Shown: in pieces, positions 27,262 to 36,985 of the stretch | How positions within the stretch are numbered: the stretch's first letter is position 1 | Layout of the letters: every line of letters begins with the position of its first letter | Assembly (NCBI GenBank): GCA_031394045.1 | Contig: JANMWN010000085.1 | Coordinates: forward strand, 1 to 57,006 | Origin: Sporichthyaceae bacterium | GTDB taxonomy: Bacteria; Actinomycetota; Actinomycetes; Prado026 | DNA: 57,006 nt | Direction of reading: 5' to 3' | Translations under genes and position numbers: made by a program | Notes under the pieces: model-generated | What the model was told of the DNA's origin: nothing | Databases searched by the model: none | The model's input: the letters and a program-made list of their open reading frames with translations, nothing else

Positions 27262-28616
27262 ATCGTGTCGTGCCCGTCGTCGACGAGGGCCTGGGCAACT
27301 CCACCTACCTCGTCGACCTGGGCGACGGTCGGGCGCTGGCCGTCGACCCCAGCCGAGATCTCCGCAGCCTCCGCGAGGTCGCCGCCGCGCGAGGACTCCG
27401 GGTCGCATTCGCGGCCGAGACCCACCTGCACGCCGACTTCCTTTCCGGCAGCGTGCAGCTAGCCGCAGACGATGCCCAGGTGATCGCCTCGGCAGCCGGA
27501 GCCCGGGACTTCCCCCACCGAGGCCTCGGGGACGAAGACGAGGTCGATCTGGGCGGGCTCACCTTGCGGGCACTTGCCACCCCGGGTCACACCGCCGAGC
27601 ACCTGTCCTACCTGCTGCTGGACGGCCCCAATGCGCTCGGGGTATTCACCGGCGGCTGCCTGCTCGTGGGGGCTGCGGCGCGCACGGACCTCTCAGGGGC
27701 GGAGCACACCGCGGGCCTGGCGCGCGCGCAGTACCGCTCGCTCCAACGTCTGGCCCGCCTTCCCGACCCCACCACGGTCTATCCCACGCACGGAGCGGGA
27801 TCCTTCTGCTCCGCGCCCCCGGGCGCCGAACGCACCAGCAGCATCGGCGTCGAGCGCCTCACCAACCCCTACCTGTCCGCCCCGGACGAGGACTCCTTCG
27901 CGGCCGCGCTGCTTGCCAGCCTCGGCAGCTACCCGCCCTACTTCGACCGGCTCGGTGACATCAACCGCCTCGGTCCCCCGCTCCTCGGCACCGACACGCC
28001 GTTGATCGCGCTGTCCCCCGACGCCGTCGAGGTGCTGCGCGCCTCCTGTGCTGAGATCGTCGATGTCCGACCGTTCGAGGGCTATGCCCACGCCCACATC
28101 CCGGGGTCGCTGTCGATCCCGCTCCGCCCGGTGTTCGCCACCTGGCTCGGCTGGCTCGTCCCGTCCGCGGCCACGCCGCTGGTGATCGTCCGCGACCCCG
28201 ACCAGGACCCCGACGAGGTCGTCTGGCAAGCCGCCAAGATCGGGTACGACCACCTCGCCGGGGAGGTCGCTGACGGACTCCGAGCATGGACCGACGCCGG
28301 TTTCGACGTCTCGAGCAACCGGCTGTCGACACCCTTGTCGGCCGACCCGAGAACGGTCATCGACGTCCGGCAGGTCTTCGAGTTCGCCACCGGTCACCTG
28401 CCTGGGGCCGCCAACATCGAGCTCGGCAGCCTCGACGCCGCAGCCCCGGACCTGGCGGGCCGCGATGTAGTCGTCATGTGCGGGCACGGTGAACGGGCGG
28501 CGACCGCCGCCAGCGTCCTCGAACGCGCCGGGGTCACCAGCGTGGCCATCCAAGCCGGCGGGCCAGAGGACTGGGCTGCGGCGACCCCAGGGCGTGCCGT
28601 CCAGGTCGACACGTGA
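27258..28616 (+). CDS. MBL-fold hydrolase (persulfide dioxygenase-like) fused to two rhodanese-like domains
   Basis: GTGA-coupled. Metallo-beta-lactamase motif THLHADF, then TPGHT. C-terminal rhodanese modules, the last with the active-site loop VVMCGHGERA. Confidence 0.85.
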   Translation: MNRVVPVVDEGLGNSTYLVDLGDGRALAVDPSRDLRSLREVAAARGLRVAFAAETHLHADFLSGSVQLAADDAQVIASAAGARDFPHRGLGDEDEVDLGGLTLRALATPGHTAEHLSYLLLDGPNALGVFTGGCLLVGAAARTDLSGAEHTAGLARAQYRSLQRLARLPDPTTVYPTHGAGSFCSAPPGAERTSSIGVERLTNPYLSAPDEDSFAAALLASLGSYPPYFDRLGDINRLGPPLLGTDTPLIALSPDAVEVLRASCAEIVDVRPFEGYAHAHIPGSLSIPLRPVFATWLGWLVPSAATPLVIVRDPDQDPDEVVWQAAKIGYDHLAGEVADGLRAWTDAGFDVSSNRLSTPLSADPRTVIDVRQVFEFATGHLPGAANIELGSLDAAAPDLAGRDVVVMCGHGERAATAASVLERAGVTSVAIQAGGPEDWAAATPGRAVQVDT

Positions 28617-29899
28617 CCACGTCGGACCAACCGACCCAAGTGGGTATCCGTCTCGGCCTGCGAGCCAACCTCGCCCAGTTCATGCTCCTGGTCGCCGTCA
28701 ACGCAGTCGTCGGCGCCACCCTCGGCCAAGAACGCACCGTCGTCCCCCTGCTCGCCGACCAGGTCTTCGGACTCACCGCCTTCGTGAGCGGGCTGTCGTT
28801 CATCGCCGCCTTCGGCCTGGTCAAGGCCGTCACCAACTTCTTCGCCGGAACCCTGTCCGACCGCTACGGCCGCAAACCGGTCCTGGTGGTCGGGTGGCTC
28901 TTCGCCCTTCCCGTGCCGTTGCTGCTGATCTGGGCGCCCACCTGGGGCTGGGTGATCTTCGCCAACGTCCTGCTGGGCATCAACCAGGGCCTGACCTGGT
29001 CCACCACCGTCATCATGAAGATCGACCTCGTCGGCCCCGCACGGCGCGGGCTCGCCATGGGGTTCAACGAGGCAGCCGGCTACGGCGCGCTGGCACTCAC
29101 CGCGATGGCCACCGGATACCTCGCCCAGGAGTACGGGCTCCGTCCCACGCCGTTCTACCTCGGGATCGCCTTCGTGGGACTCGGCCTCGGCCTGTCGGTT
29201 CTCGCCGTCAAGGAGACTCGGGAGCATGCGAGGTTCGAGGCCGCGAGCCATGTCAGCCGCCACGAGCACCTGCATGCGGACCTCACGACCAAAGAGGTCT
29301 TCTGGCTGACCAGCGTCAAGGAACGCGCGCTGTCGTCCGCGAGCCAGGCCGGGCTGGTCAACAACCTCAACGATGGCCTGGCGTGGGGCCTGTTCCCGAT
29401 CCTGTTCGCCACCCGCGGGCTCTCGATCGCACAGATCGGCCTGCTCGCCGGCATCTACCCAGCCGTCTGGGGTGTCGGGCAGCTCGTCACCGGTGGGTTG
29501 TCCGACCGGATCGGGCGGAAGTGGCTGATCGCCGGAGGTATGTGGGTCCAGGCCGTGGGGATCGTCGTCGTTGCGGTCGGTGACAGCTTCGCCGTATGGG
29601 CGGTGGCCGCCGCGGTCATCGGGGCCGGTACAGCGATGGTGTACCCGACCCTGCTCGCTGCCGTCGGTGACGTCGCCCACCCGGCCTGGCGGGCCCGGTC
29701 TGTGGGTGTCTACCGACTGTGGCGGGACAGCGGCTTCGCCGTCGGAGCCCTTCTCGTCGGCCTGGTCGCCGATGCCACGAGCCTGGTCACCGCGATCTGG
29801 GTCGTGGCCGCGATCACCGCCGCGTCAGGGGTCGTCGTCGCGGTTCGGATGTACGAGACGTTGGGACACCACACATCAGCCCCGGTCTCGACGCCATGA
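28613..29899 (+). CDS. MFS transporter
   Basis: GTGA-coupled. 12 TM helices and the MFS loop motif GTLSDRYGRKPVL (repeated as GGLSDRIGRKWLI). Confidence 0.85.
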   Translation: MTTSDQPTQVGIRLGLRANLAQFMLLVAVNAVVGATLGQERTVVPLLADQVFGLTAFVSGLSFIAAFGLVKAVTNFFAGTLSDRYGRKPVLVVGWLFALPVPLLLIWAPTWGWVIFANVLLGINQGLTWSTTVIMKIDLVGPARRGLAMGFNEAAGYGALALTAMATGYLAQEYGLRPTPFYLGIAFVGLGLGLSVLAVKETREHARFEAASHVSRHEHLHADLTTKEVFWLTSVKERALSSASQAGLVNNLNDGLAWGLFPILFATRGLSIAQIGLLAGIYPAVWGVGQLVTGGLSDRIGRKWLIAGGMWVQAVGIVVVAVGDSFAVWAVAAAVIGAGTAMVYPTLLAAVGDVAHPAWRARSVGVYRLWRDSGFAVGALLVGLVADATSLVTAIWVVAAITAASGVVVAVRMYETLGHHTSAPVSTP

Positions 29900-30293
29900 T
29901 CAACCAGATCCCGCCGAGCAATAGGACTCCGTCCTGGTCCTCGTGATCGAGCAGGGCCCTACGAACGGCGCGACAGCCGCGCGACGCTCCGGTCCGTCCG
30001 CGATTGCGAGCAGCACCGCCCGCCCTAGCCAACTCCGAGGACGGAATCGACACGCTCACCACACCTACGACGCGGCCGGCCGAGAGCTGTCGGTGCACTC
30101 CCGACCGATCTCGGATAGCTCGAACCTGTCTCGCGCAACACGCGGAAACGGCGAAGCGGTCGACAAAATGGGTCGACAGATCGGTGGCCTACGTGGCTGC
30201 GCTGCCGCCGAAGGCACGCAAGCAGACATAGCCCGCGTCGTCGCGTTCGCGCGCTGGGCGCTGTTGACGGGTCCGCGCTTGCGCCGCTCCAGC

Positions 30294-31418
30294 TCAGTGG
30301 CTGTTGCGTTGTTCGGTTCGGGTGAGTGCTTGGAGTGCTTGGTCGTGGGTGTCGGGCAGGGTGTGGAGGTATTTCTGGGTGGTTTGGATCTGGGAGTGGC
30401 CGAGGCGTTCCATGACGGTTTTGAGGTCGGCTCCGCCTGCGAGGAGCCAGGAGGCGTGGGCGTGCCGGAGGTCGTGCATCCGCACGGGGAAGCCGAGGTC
30501 GGCGGCGTGCAGGGCGGGGAGCCAGTAGCGGGTGCGGAAGGTGTTGCGGCTGAGCGGGTTCCCGCCGGCGGTCTCGGTGGATGGGAACAGCAGGTCGTCG
30601 CGACCCAGACCGAGCCGGTCGATCTGCACGCTCAGAGTGTCGAGGAGTTGGGGTCGGACGCCGAGGACGCGCGGTTCGTCGTCTTTGGGGTAGGCCTTGG
30701 TGATGAACCGCTGCCCGGTGGGGGAGAGCTTGCGGGAGACCTCCACGATGGTCTCCTCGACGCTGATGGTGCGGCGCAGGAAGTCCACATGGCGGGGCCG
30801 TAGCGCGACGAGCTCGCCCCACCGCAGCCCGGTTTCGATCTCGGTGAGGACCAGCGCCAGGAACCGGTCCGGGACGTAGCCCAGGAGCCGCTGGAACTCT
30901 TCGGGGGTCAGGGTCCGGGTCTTGCGGGGGATCACCTTGGGGAGCTCGGTGTCGCTGGCGGGGTTGTAGCCGATGACCCGGTCGCGGACGGCTCGTTTGA
31001 AGATGGACTTGAGCATGGCGTGGTACTTGGCGATGCTCCGCGCGGACAGCCCGCCGTCTGCTGCCTGGGTGACCCAGGCCTGCACGGTCGAGGGGGAGAT
31101 GTCCGCGAGGGGCATGTCGCCGAAGTAGGGCAGGAAGTGCTTGTCCAGGTAGGACCGGTACCCGGCCCTCGTGGTGACCTCCAGGTGCCGACTTGGCCAC
31201 CACGAATCTTCGACGTAGGCGCGGAAGGTGACCCGGCCGGCCTGCCGGTCGTACCAGGAGCCATCCTCGACCTTGCCCTCGGCCCGCTGCCCAGCACGTA
31301 GCGCGGCGCGTTCGTTGGAGAAGGTCCCCGCGGAGCGAGTGGCGCCAGCGGGGTCGCGGTAGTAGCCGATGTGCCTGCGCTGCCCATCGGAGGTCACCCG
31401 GACCCTGGTCCACGCCAT
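30294..31418 (-). CDS. int: tyrosine-type site-specific integrase (copy 2)
   Basis: About 90% identical in protein sequence to copy 1 by eye, with the same motifs and the same preferred start MAWTRVRV. Confidence 0.9.
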   Translation of the reverse strand: MAWTRVRVTSDGQRRHIGYYRDPAGATRSAGTFSNERAALRAGQRAEGKVEDGSWYDRQAGRVTFRAYVEDSWWPSRHLEVTTRAGYRSYLDKHFLPYFGDMPLADISPSTVQAWVTQAADGGLSARSIAKYHAMLKSIFKRAVRDRVIGYNPASDTELPKVIPRKTRTLTPEEFQRLLGYVPDRFLALVLTEIETGLRWGELVALRPRHVDFLRRTISVEETIVEVSRKLSPTGQRFITKAYPKDDEPRVLGVRPQLLDTLSVQIDRLGLGRDDLLFPSTETAGGNPLSRNTFRTRYWLPALHAADLGFPVRMHDLRHAHASWLLAGGADLKTVMERLGHSQIQTTQKYLHTLPDTHDQALQALTRTEQRNSH

Positions 31419-31436
31419 CAGCCGCTCCCGAAGCCG

Positions 31437-31458
31437 TGACCGCAGTGTGACCGCAGTC
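31437..31458 (+). repeat. tandem direct repeat GTGACCGCAGT x2 upstream of int copy 2
   Basis: Identical to 10541-10562 and at the same distance from the int start. Confidence 0.7.
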
Positions 31459-31584
31459 CTTGCCACGCAGGGGTGGACGCCGGCGGACGCCAACGGAACG
31501 AGCGCTGAGCCTCTGACCTGCACATATGTCGAGTCTGCCACGGATCTGAGCGTGGGGCCAGGTCTCGGTCCTGAGAGGTGGACT

Positions 31585-31630
31585 CGGCTCATAACCCAGA
31601 GGTCGCAGGTTCAAATCCTGCCCCCGCTAC
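31585..31630 (+). repeat. att core b: 3' half of tRNA-Met(CAT), followed by CCA
   Basis: Identical to core a. The upstream sequence is the int arm and does not fold as a D arm or acceptor stem. Confidence 0.85.
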
Positions 31631-31644
31631 CAACGTTTACGCAG

Positions 31645-31677
31645 GTCATGGCCATGATCATTGATCATGGCCATGAC
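31645..31677 (+). terminator. near-perfect 33-nt palindrome after core b (tRNA-terminator-like hairpin)
   Basis: GTCATGGCCATGATCA-T-TGATCATGGCCATGAC. Homologous hairpins follow cores c and d. Confidence 0.45.
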
Positions 31678-32293
31678 TTGTTGGCGGCAAAATGTCAACA
31701 GCTGCTAACTTCGTGCGCGGGTCAACTTGTGAGAACCGGTAGATGATGGACACCTTGGTTCCGGTTCCTGGCTGACGGGTTGCGGACGCGGTTCCGGTAG
31801 CTGGGCGACAGTGGTTCGGTAGGTGCCTGACACTCACGCTCACTTCCTGCTGGCGAGCTCCGCTTCCACGAACACGTGCGCTCCAGCCATCGCATCATCG
31901 GTCTAGCAGAGGACGCGGCTGGTCCGATCTGGTCGCGTCTTGTAGGGGGCTGCCACCTCGATCGCGACACCGGCACGCGGATTCGCAGGGTGTTTGGTTC
32001 GTCGGTGTTGCCTGGCGTGCGACAGATATCAGTGCCTGGCCGATCGCCACGGCAGCGAGGCGCTGATCAACGCAGACCGCCACATCAGCGGCCGGGACAC
32101 GATTGATGCAGGTCACGTCCATTGGGCGGTGGTGACGGACCGGCGACTACGGCGTTCTCCTCGACCCCTCGAGCCTGTGACGTGGGGCCGACGAGCGCGC
32201 AGTTGCCGCCGGCCAACCTCCGTCTCATTGGTGTGGACGGACTAGCCCGTTCGGTCGCTTGGGCTTTCTTGATCGTGTCCCGATGCCCCAGGT

Positions 32294-33394
32294 ATGCGCT
32301 TGCGTGACACCCTCGTCGTCCTGCTGCTCGCTCCGGCCGTCGCGACCGCCGCGCTGATCGCCCCCGCCGGCGCCGCCCTACCTCCTCGGTCAGCCGCTCC
32401 GCCGACCCAGGCGATCGTCACTTCCGGGCACGCCAAGGGCTCCACGGCCGCATACACCCCGACGGCCGATGTCGGCTCCGGGCTGACCGGTTACGGCGGC
32501 GGGACGACCGGCGGTGACCTCGGCGACGTCTACTGGGTGACGACGCTCGCCGACACCGGTCCCGGCAGCCTGCGGTACGGCGCGACCCTGCCGCAGCCGT
32601 TGTGGATCCGGTTCGCGGTCTCGGGCACGATCGCCCTCAAGACCAAGCTGAACATCGCGTCGGACAAGACCGTCGACGGAAGGGGGGCATCGATCACGAT
32701 CACGAGCATGGTCGTGCGCATCAGCGGCGTGAGCAACGTGATCGTCGAGAACATCCGCTTCCTCAAGGCGCGGAGCGACCCGAACGCCAACGGCCTGCGG
32801 ATCATGGCCGGCTCGGACCACGTCTGGGTCGACCACTGCGACTTCTCGGTCGCGAGCGACGAGGTCATGAGCGTCACCCAGGGCTCCACGGACGTGACCT
32901 TGTCCTGGAACCGCTTCCACGACAACGACAAGGGCGTGCTCGTCAGCGCCCTCAACTCGGGCCTCCCCGAGCAGGTGACGATGCACCACAACTACTTCTA
33001 CAAGACCTACCAGCGGAACCCGTTGGTCAACCTCGCCGACGTCCACGCGTACAACAACCTCCTGACCACCTGGGGCGACATCGGCATGCAGACGACAGCT
33101 GGCGGCCGACTGGTGTCGCAGGGCAACGTCTTCGACGCCACCGGGGTCGGCAAGGACGGCATCCGGAACCAGCTCGGCAACTGGGGGGTCGGCGCTGCGT
33201 CCTCGGACGGTGACCTGTACCTCCACGGCGCGCGGTTCGTGCAGCAGGGGACGTCGGACACGTTCGCGCTGCCGTACTCGGTCGTCGTCGAGCCGGCGAC
33301 GGACGCCCTCGAGGCGCGGATCAAGGCTGGCGCCGGGCTGCAGGCACTGGCCCTCGCGGCGGTGACGAGGTCACCGACCCTCTCGCTGGGCTGA
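32294..33394 (+). CDS. secreted pectate lyase-like protein (PL1 family), copy 1
   Basis: Signal peptide. PL1 core blocks HVWVDHCDF, TLSWNRFHDNDKGVLVS, MHHNYF..YQRNPL and HAYNN. Confidence 0.8.
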   Translation: MRLRDTLVVLLLAPAVATAALIAPAGAALPPRSAAPPTQAIVTSGHAKGSTAAYTPTADVGSGLTGYGGGTTGGDLGDVYWVTTLADTGPGSLRYGATLPQPLWIRFAVSGTIALKTKLNIASDKTVDGRGASITITSMVVRISGVSNVIVENIRFLKARSDPNANGLRIMAGSDHVWVDHCDFSVASDEVMSVTQGSTDVTLSWNRFHDNDKGVLVSALNSGLPEQVTMHHNYFYKTYQRNPLVNLADVHAYNNLLTTWGDIGMQTTAGGRLVSQGNVFDATGVGKDGIRNQLGNWGVGAASSDGDLYLHGARFVQQGTSDTFALPYSVVVEPATDALEARIKAGAGLQALALAAVTRSPTLSLG

Positions 33395-33545
33395 TAGGGG
33401 ACGGGCACGTCACCCACATGTCGTAATTTGCCCGCTATCGGGCGCAATAGGGGTTGACGCCCCTTCTGTGCAAGGACAAGATCGCCGCTTCTGGCTGAGG
33501 ACATCGAGAGCCCGATGTCCCTCCCCCTCTCGGCTGGAGGCTTCG

Positions 33546-34403
33546 ATGCATGCTGCGACGGGTTCGAGCGCCTCGCCCTGGGCGAGTGATGCGCCCCGGC
33601 TGGACGCGATCCGGCGGCTGCCACGGCAGCTGACGGTGGGCCACCGGCCCCTGCCCGACTTCCTCGTCATCGGTGCCCAGCGCAGCGGGACCACGACGCT
33701 CTACGACCTCCTGGTACAGCACCCGCTGGTGCGCGCCGCACGTACGAAGGAGGTGCACTACTTCGACCTGCACCACGAGGACGGGCCGGACTGGTACCGG
33801 TCCAACTTCCCGTTCCACCGAGGTACGGGTCCGCGCCGGTGGCAGACCGGTGAGGCGTCGCCGTTCTACCTCTACCACCCGCTGGCCCCCGACAGGGCGG
33901 CCGCCGAGCTGCCCGAGGCGCGCCTCCTGGCGGTGCTCCGCAACCCCGTCGACCGCGCGTTCTCGCACTACCAGCACGAGCGGGCGAAGGGTCGCGAGCC
34001 GCTCTCGTTCGCAGAGGCGATCCGCCACGAGGATGCCCGCATCGCCTCGGGCTGGCGGCGGGCCAGCTCGGGCGCCCCGGCGACGGACCGTGCGCTGCGC
34101 TCGTACTCCTACCTGAGCCGCAGCGACTACGCGACGCAGGTCGCACGCTGGCTCGCCGCTTACCCCGCCGAGCAGCTGCTGGTCCTGCAGTCGGAGCAGA
34201 TGTTCGCTGACCCCGCAGCGGAGATGGCCAAGGTCTACGACTTCCTCGGGCTCCCGGCGTACCCCGAGCTCGCCTGCCGGCACCTGAACGAGCGCAGCTA
34301 CCCCCCGATGGACCCCGGGCTGCGTGCCGAGCTCAACGCCCGGTTCGCAGAGTCCAACCGGGCCCTGGCCGCCCTCATCGGCCGCGAGCTCGACTGGGCC
34401 TAG
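33546..34403 (+). CDS. sulfotransferase 1
   Basis: GGAGG RBS. 5'-PSB loop DFLVIGAQRSGTTTL and 3'-PB motif LRNPVDRAFSHY. Confidence 0.8.
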   Translation: MHAATGSSASPWASDAPRLDAIRRLPRQLTVGHRPLPDFLVIGAQRSGTTTLYDLLVQHPLVRAARTKEVHYFDLHHEDGPDWYRSNFPFHRGTGPRRWQTGEASPFYLYHPLAPDRAAAELPEARLLAVLRNPVDRAFSHYQHERAKGREPLSFAEAIRHEDARIASGWRRASSGAPATDRALRSYSYLSRSDYATQVARWLAAYPAEQLLVLQSEQMFADPAAEMAKVYDFLGLPAYPELACRHLNERSYPPMDPGLRAELNARFAESNRALAALIGRELDWA

Positions 34404-34464
34404 GTCGACAGCGGCAGCAGGCAGCGACAGTCCAACCCGGATACGGCGAGGAGGTGATCGGTTC

Positions 34465-35880
34465 GTGCAATCGCTCCGATCTGACCCGCAGTCGACATTG
34501 AACGTCACCTACGATCGACCGCTCCTCGTACGCCATGCGCGGATCCCGCTGCCGTCCGTGGCGGTGCTCATGCTGGTCGTCGACGTCTGCGCGTTCGCGG
34601 TCGCCGTACGCCTCAGCTACCGCCGCGACCTGCTGGCCTTCCCCTTCGGCGTCGTGACCTCTGGCGCCCTCACCCTCGCCCTGTTCCGCGCGTCCGGCCT
34701 GTACCGCCGCCGGTTGAACCTGTCGGTCCTCGACGACCTGCCCCGGCTCGTGACCCGCTCATTCACCGCAGCTGGCCTGGTCGCGCTCGGCGACGCGGCC
34801 ACCCGCAGGCACGCGTTGGGCTGGGCGCTGCTCGAGACGGCGGCCTCGTTCAGCGTCGTCGTGCTGGTCCTGCGTACAGCGGCGTACTCATGGGTCCGAC
34901 ACGTACGCCGGCGCCGGCTCATCGCGCATCGAACCCTGATCGTCGGCGCCGGCCTGGTGGGCAGCCGACTCGGGCGGGTACTCGTCGACCACCCGGAGTA
35001 CGGGCTGGAGCCGGTCGGGTTCTACGATCCCGACCCGCTGCTACAGGCGGGCCTGCCGGTCTCGGTGATCCGAGAGGGCACCCTCGGCGACGCGATCGTC
35101 GATACCGGTGCCGCCATCGTCGTCGTGGCGTTCTCCTCCGACAGCGAGTCCGAGATCGTCAACATCATCCGGTCCTGCGACCTCATGCGACGCGAGATCT
35201 TCGTGGTACCGCGGCTGTTCGAGATGCAGTCGATCAGCCGGGGCATGGACGCGGTGTGGGGGATCCCCCTCATCCGGCTCCCGCGGCCACCGCTGGTCGG
35301 ACGGAGCTTCGGCCGCAAGCGGTTGTTCGACCTCGCCGTCTCCAGCGTTGCTCTGCTGCTGCTGCTCCCGCTGCTCGCCGTCCTCGCGCTGCTCGTCCGC
35401 ATCGACGGTGGACCGGGCATCTTCTTCGAGCAGGAGCGCATCGGCTATGGCGGGCGCCGATTCCGGCTGTGGAAGTTCCGGACCGTACCCTCGTCGCTCG
35501 TTTCGGCCGCCACGCCCCGCTGGACCGTCGCCGCCGACCCGCAGCTCTCGCGGTTGGCCCGGTTCCTGCGGCGCACCTCGCTCGACGAGCTCCCGCAGCT
35601 GTGGAACGTGGCGCGCGGTGACATGAGCCTGGTGGGGCCGCGCCCCGAACGGCCGTTCTTCGTGGATGAGTTCCAGGGGAAGTTCCCGCGCTACCTGGAC
35701 CGGCATCGGGTGCGCGCGGGCCTGACCGGCCTGGCCCAGGTCAATGGGCTGCGGGGGGACACCTCGATCGAGGACCGGGCCCGGTTCGACAACGCCTACA
35801 TCGAGAGCTGGTCGATGTGGGGCGACGTCAAGATCCTGCTGCGTACTGTCGGCGCGGTCGTGGGGCGGTCCGGTGGCTGA
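34465..35880 (+). CDS. polyprenyl-phosphate glycosyl-1-phosphate transferase (priming sugar transferase, WbaP/EpsB-like)
   Basis: GGAGG RBS and GTG start. N-terminal TM helices and a C-terminal bacterial sugar transferase domain (KRLFDL, RFRLWKFRT, DELPQLWNVARGDMSLVGPRP). Confidence 0.85.
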   Translation: MQSLRSDPQSTLNVTYDRPLLVRHARIPLPSVAVLMLVVDVCAFAVAVRLSYRRDLLAFPFGVVTSGALTLALFRASGLYRRRLNLSVLDDLPRLVTRSFTAAGLVALGDAATRRHALGWALLETAASFSVVVLVLRTAAYSWVRHVRRRRLIAHRTLIVGAGLVGSRLGRVLVDHPEYGLEPVGFYDPDPLLQAGLPVSVIREGTLGDAIVDTGAAIVVVAFSSDSESEIVNIIRSCDLMRREIFVVPRLFEMQSISRGMDAVWGIPLIRLPRPPLVGRSFGRKRLFDLAVSSVALLLLLPLLAVLALLVRIDGGPGIFFEQERIGYGGRRFRLWKFRTVPSSLVSAATPRWTVAADPQLSRLARFLRRTSLDELPQLWNVARGDMSLVGPRPERPFFVDEFQGKFPRYLDRHRVRAGLTGLAQVNGLRGDTSIEDRARFDNAYIESWSMWGDVKILLRTVGAVVGRSGG

Positions 35881-36985
35881 CGACGTGCTGGAGCCCACGC
35901 GGACGGTGCTGCACGTCGCGTGCAACCTCGGGTCGGGCGTGGCAGCGGTCATCGCGTCGTACGCCGGCCTGACCCCCGAGTACCGGCACGTGCTGCTGGC
36001 CGACCTGGACCCCTCCTGCCCGATCGAGCACCTGACTTCGGCGATGGCCGAGGTGCTGCCGCTGGGATCCGGAGCGGTGGAGCGCGCCTGGCGGATCCGC
36101 TCCGAGGTGCGGCGGCTGGCCCCCGACGTCATCCACGCGCACTCGTCGTACGCAGGGGCGTTCGTACGCCTCGCGATCGCAGACCGCGACCGCATCGTGC
36201 ACACCCCGCACTGCTACGGCTTCACGCGCAGGGACCTCGGGTGGCCGGCCCGCTCAGTCGTGTGGCTGGCCGAGGCAGCGCTGAGCCTCCGGGGCCGCCA
36301 CGTCGCCGCCTGCAGCCCGCACGAGTACCGGTCGGCGCGACGCCTCCCCGGTCGGCGAACTGTCACGTACGTGCCCAACGCCGTTCCCGACCGCGCGCCG
36401 GTGCCCGTGGTGGGCCACAGCAGCCCGCTCGTCGTCAGCGTCGGGCGGTTGTGCCCGCAGAAGTCGCCAGAGCTGTTCGCCGCCGCCGCCGAGCTCTCGC
36501 GCCGCCGTGGCCTGGACCTGCGCTGGCGGTGGGTTGGCGGCGGTTCCCCGGAGTACGTCGACCGGCTGACCCGCGCTGGCGTCGAGGTGACCGGTTGGGT
36601 GCCACGCGAGCGGGCCTGGGCGCACATCGCGGGAGCGCAGGTGTACGTCCACACGGCCGCCTGGGAGAGCGCTCCGCTGACGATCCTTGAGGCGGCCGCC
36701 GCCGGCGTCCCCGTCCTCGCGCGCGACCACCCGGCGCTGCGCCTGCTCGGACTGCGGCCGTTGTGGACCGGCGTCGACGAGGTCGTCGACATTCTCGCGG
36801 GATTCCCGTCGGCGCAGGTGTTCGCCGTCGCCGTTGCGGCCGGGCGCGAGCTCGCCGCCGCCCACCAACCTGCCAACCAGCGGGCCGCGCTGCTCAGGGT
36901 GTACGCCGCCGTCGCTGCACGGGAGGGCACGCCAGCGGACCTGACGCCGCTCGGCGCAGGGACCCGAGCAAGGAGATCGACATGA
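35873..36985 (+). CDS. glycosyltransferase (GT-B, GT4-like)
   Basis: VGRLCPQKSPELF and the E-x7-E-like block WESAPLTILEAAAAGVPVL. Start is uncertain (GTG 35873 or 35885). Confidence 0.7.
   Translation: MADDVLEPTRTVLHVACNLGSGVAAVIASYAGLTPEYRHVLLADLDPSCPIEHLTSAMAEVLPLGSGAVERAWRIRSEVRRLAPDVIHAHSSYAGAFVRLAIADRDRIVHTPHCYGFTRRDLGWPARSVVWLAEAALSLRGRHVAACSPHEYRSARRLPGRRTVTYVPNAVPDRAPVPVVGHSSPLVVSVGRLCPQKSPELFAAAAELSRRRGLDLRWRWVGGGSPEYVDRLTRAGVEVTGWVPRERAWAHIAGAQVYVHTAAWESAPLTILEAAAAGVPVLARDHPALRLLGLRPLWTGVDEVVDILAGFPSAQVFAVAVAAGRELAAAHQPANQRAALLRVYAAVAAREGTPADLTPLGAGTRARRST

Larger units (their letters stand above)
10690..31630. mobile_element. integrative island 2 (core a to core b)
   Basis: Bounded by identical 46-bp direct repeats. 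The int copy 2 and its arm are adjacent to core b, in the same layout as int copy 1 and core a. Confidence 0.6.

Noticed and set aside
29900-30293. Excisionase (xis) or another small mobility gene next to integrase copy 2 (and at 9249-9398 next to copy 1)
   Set aside because: There is no ORF with coding bias or an HTH-like sequence, and the two regions are not homologous to each other.
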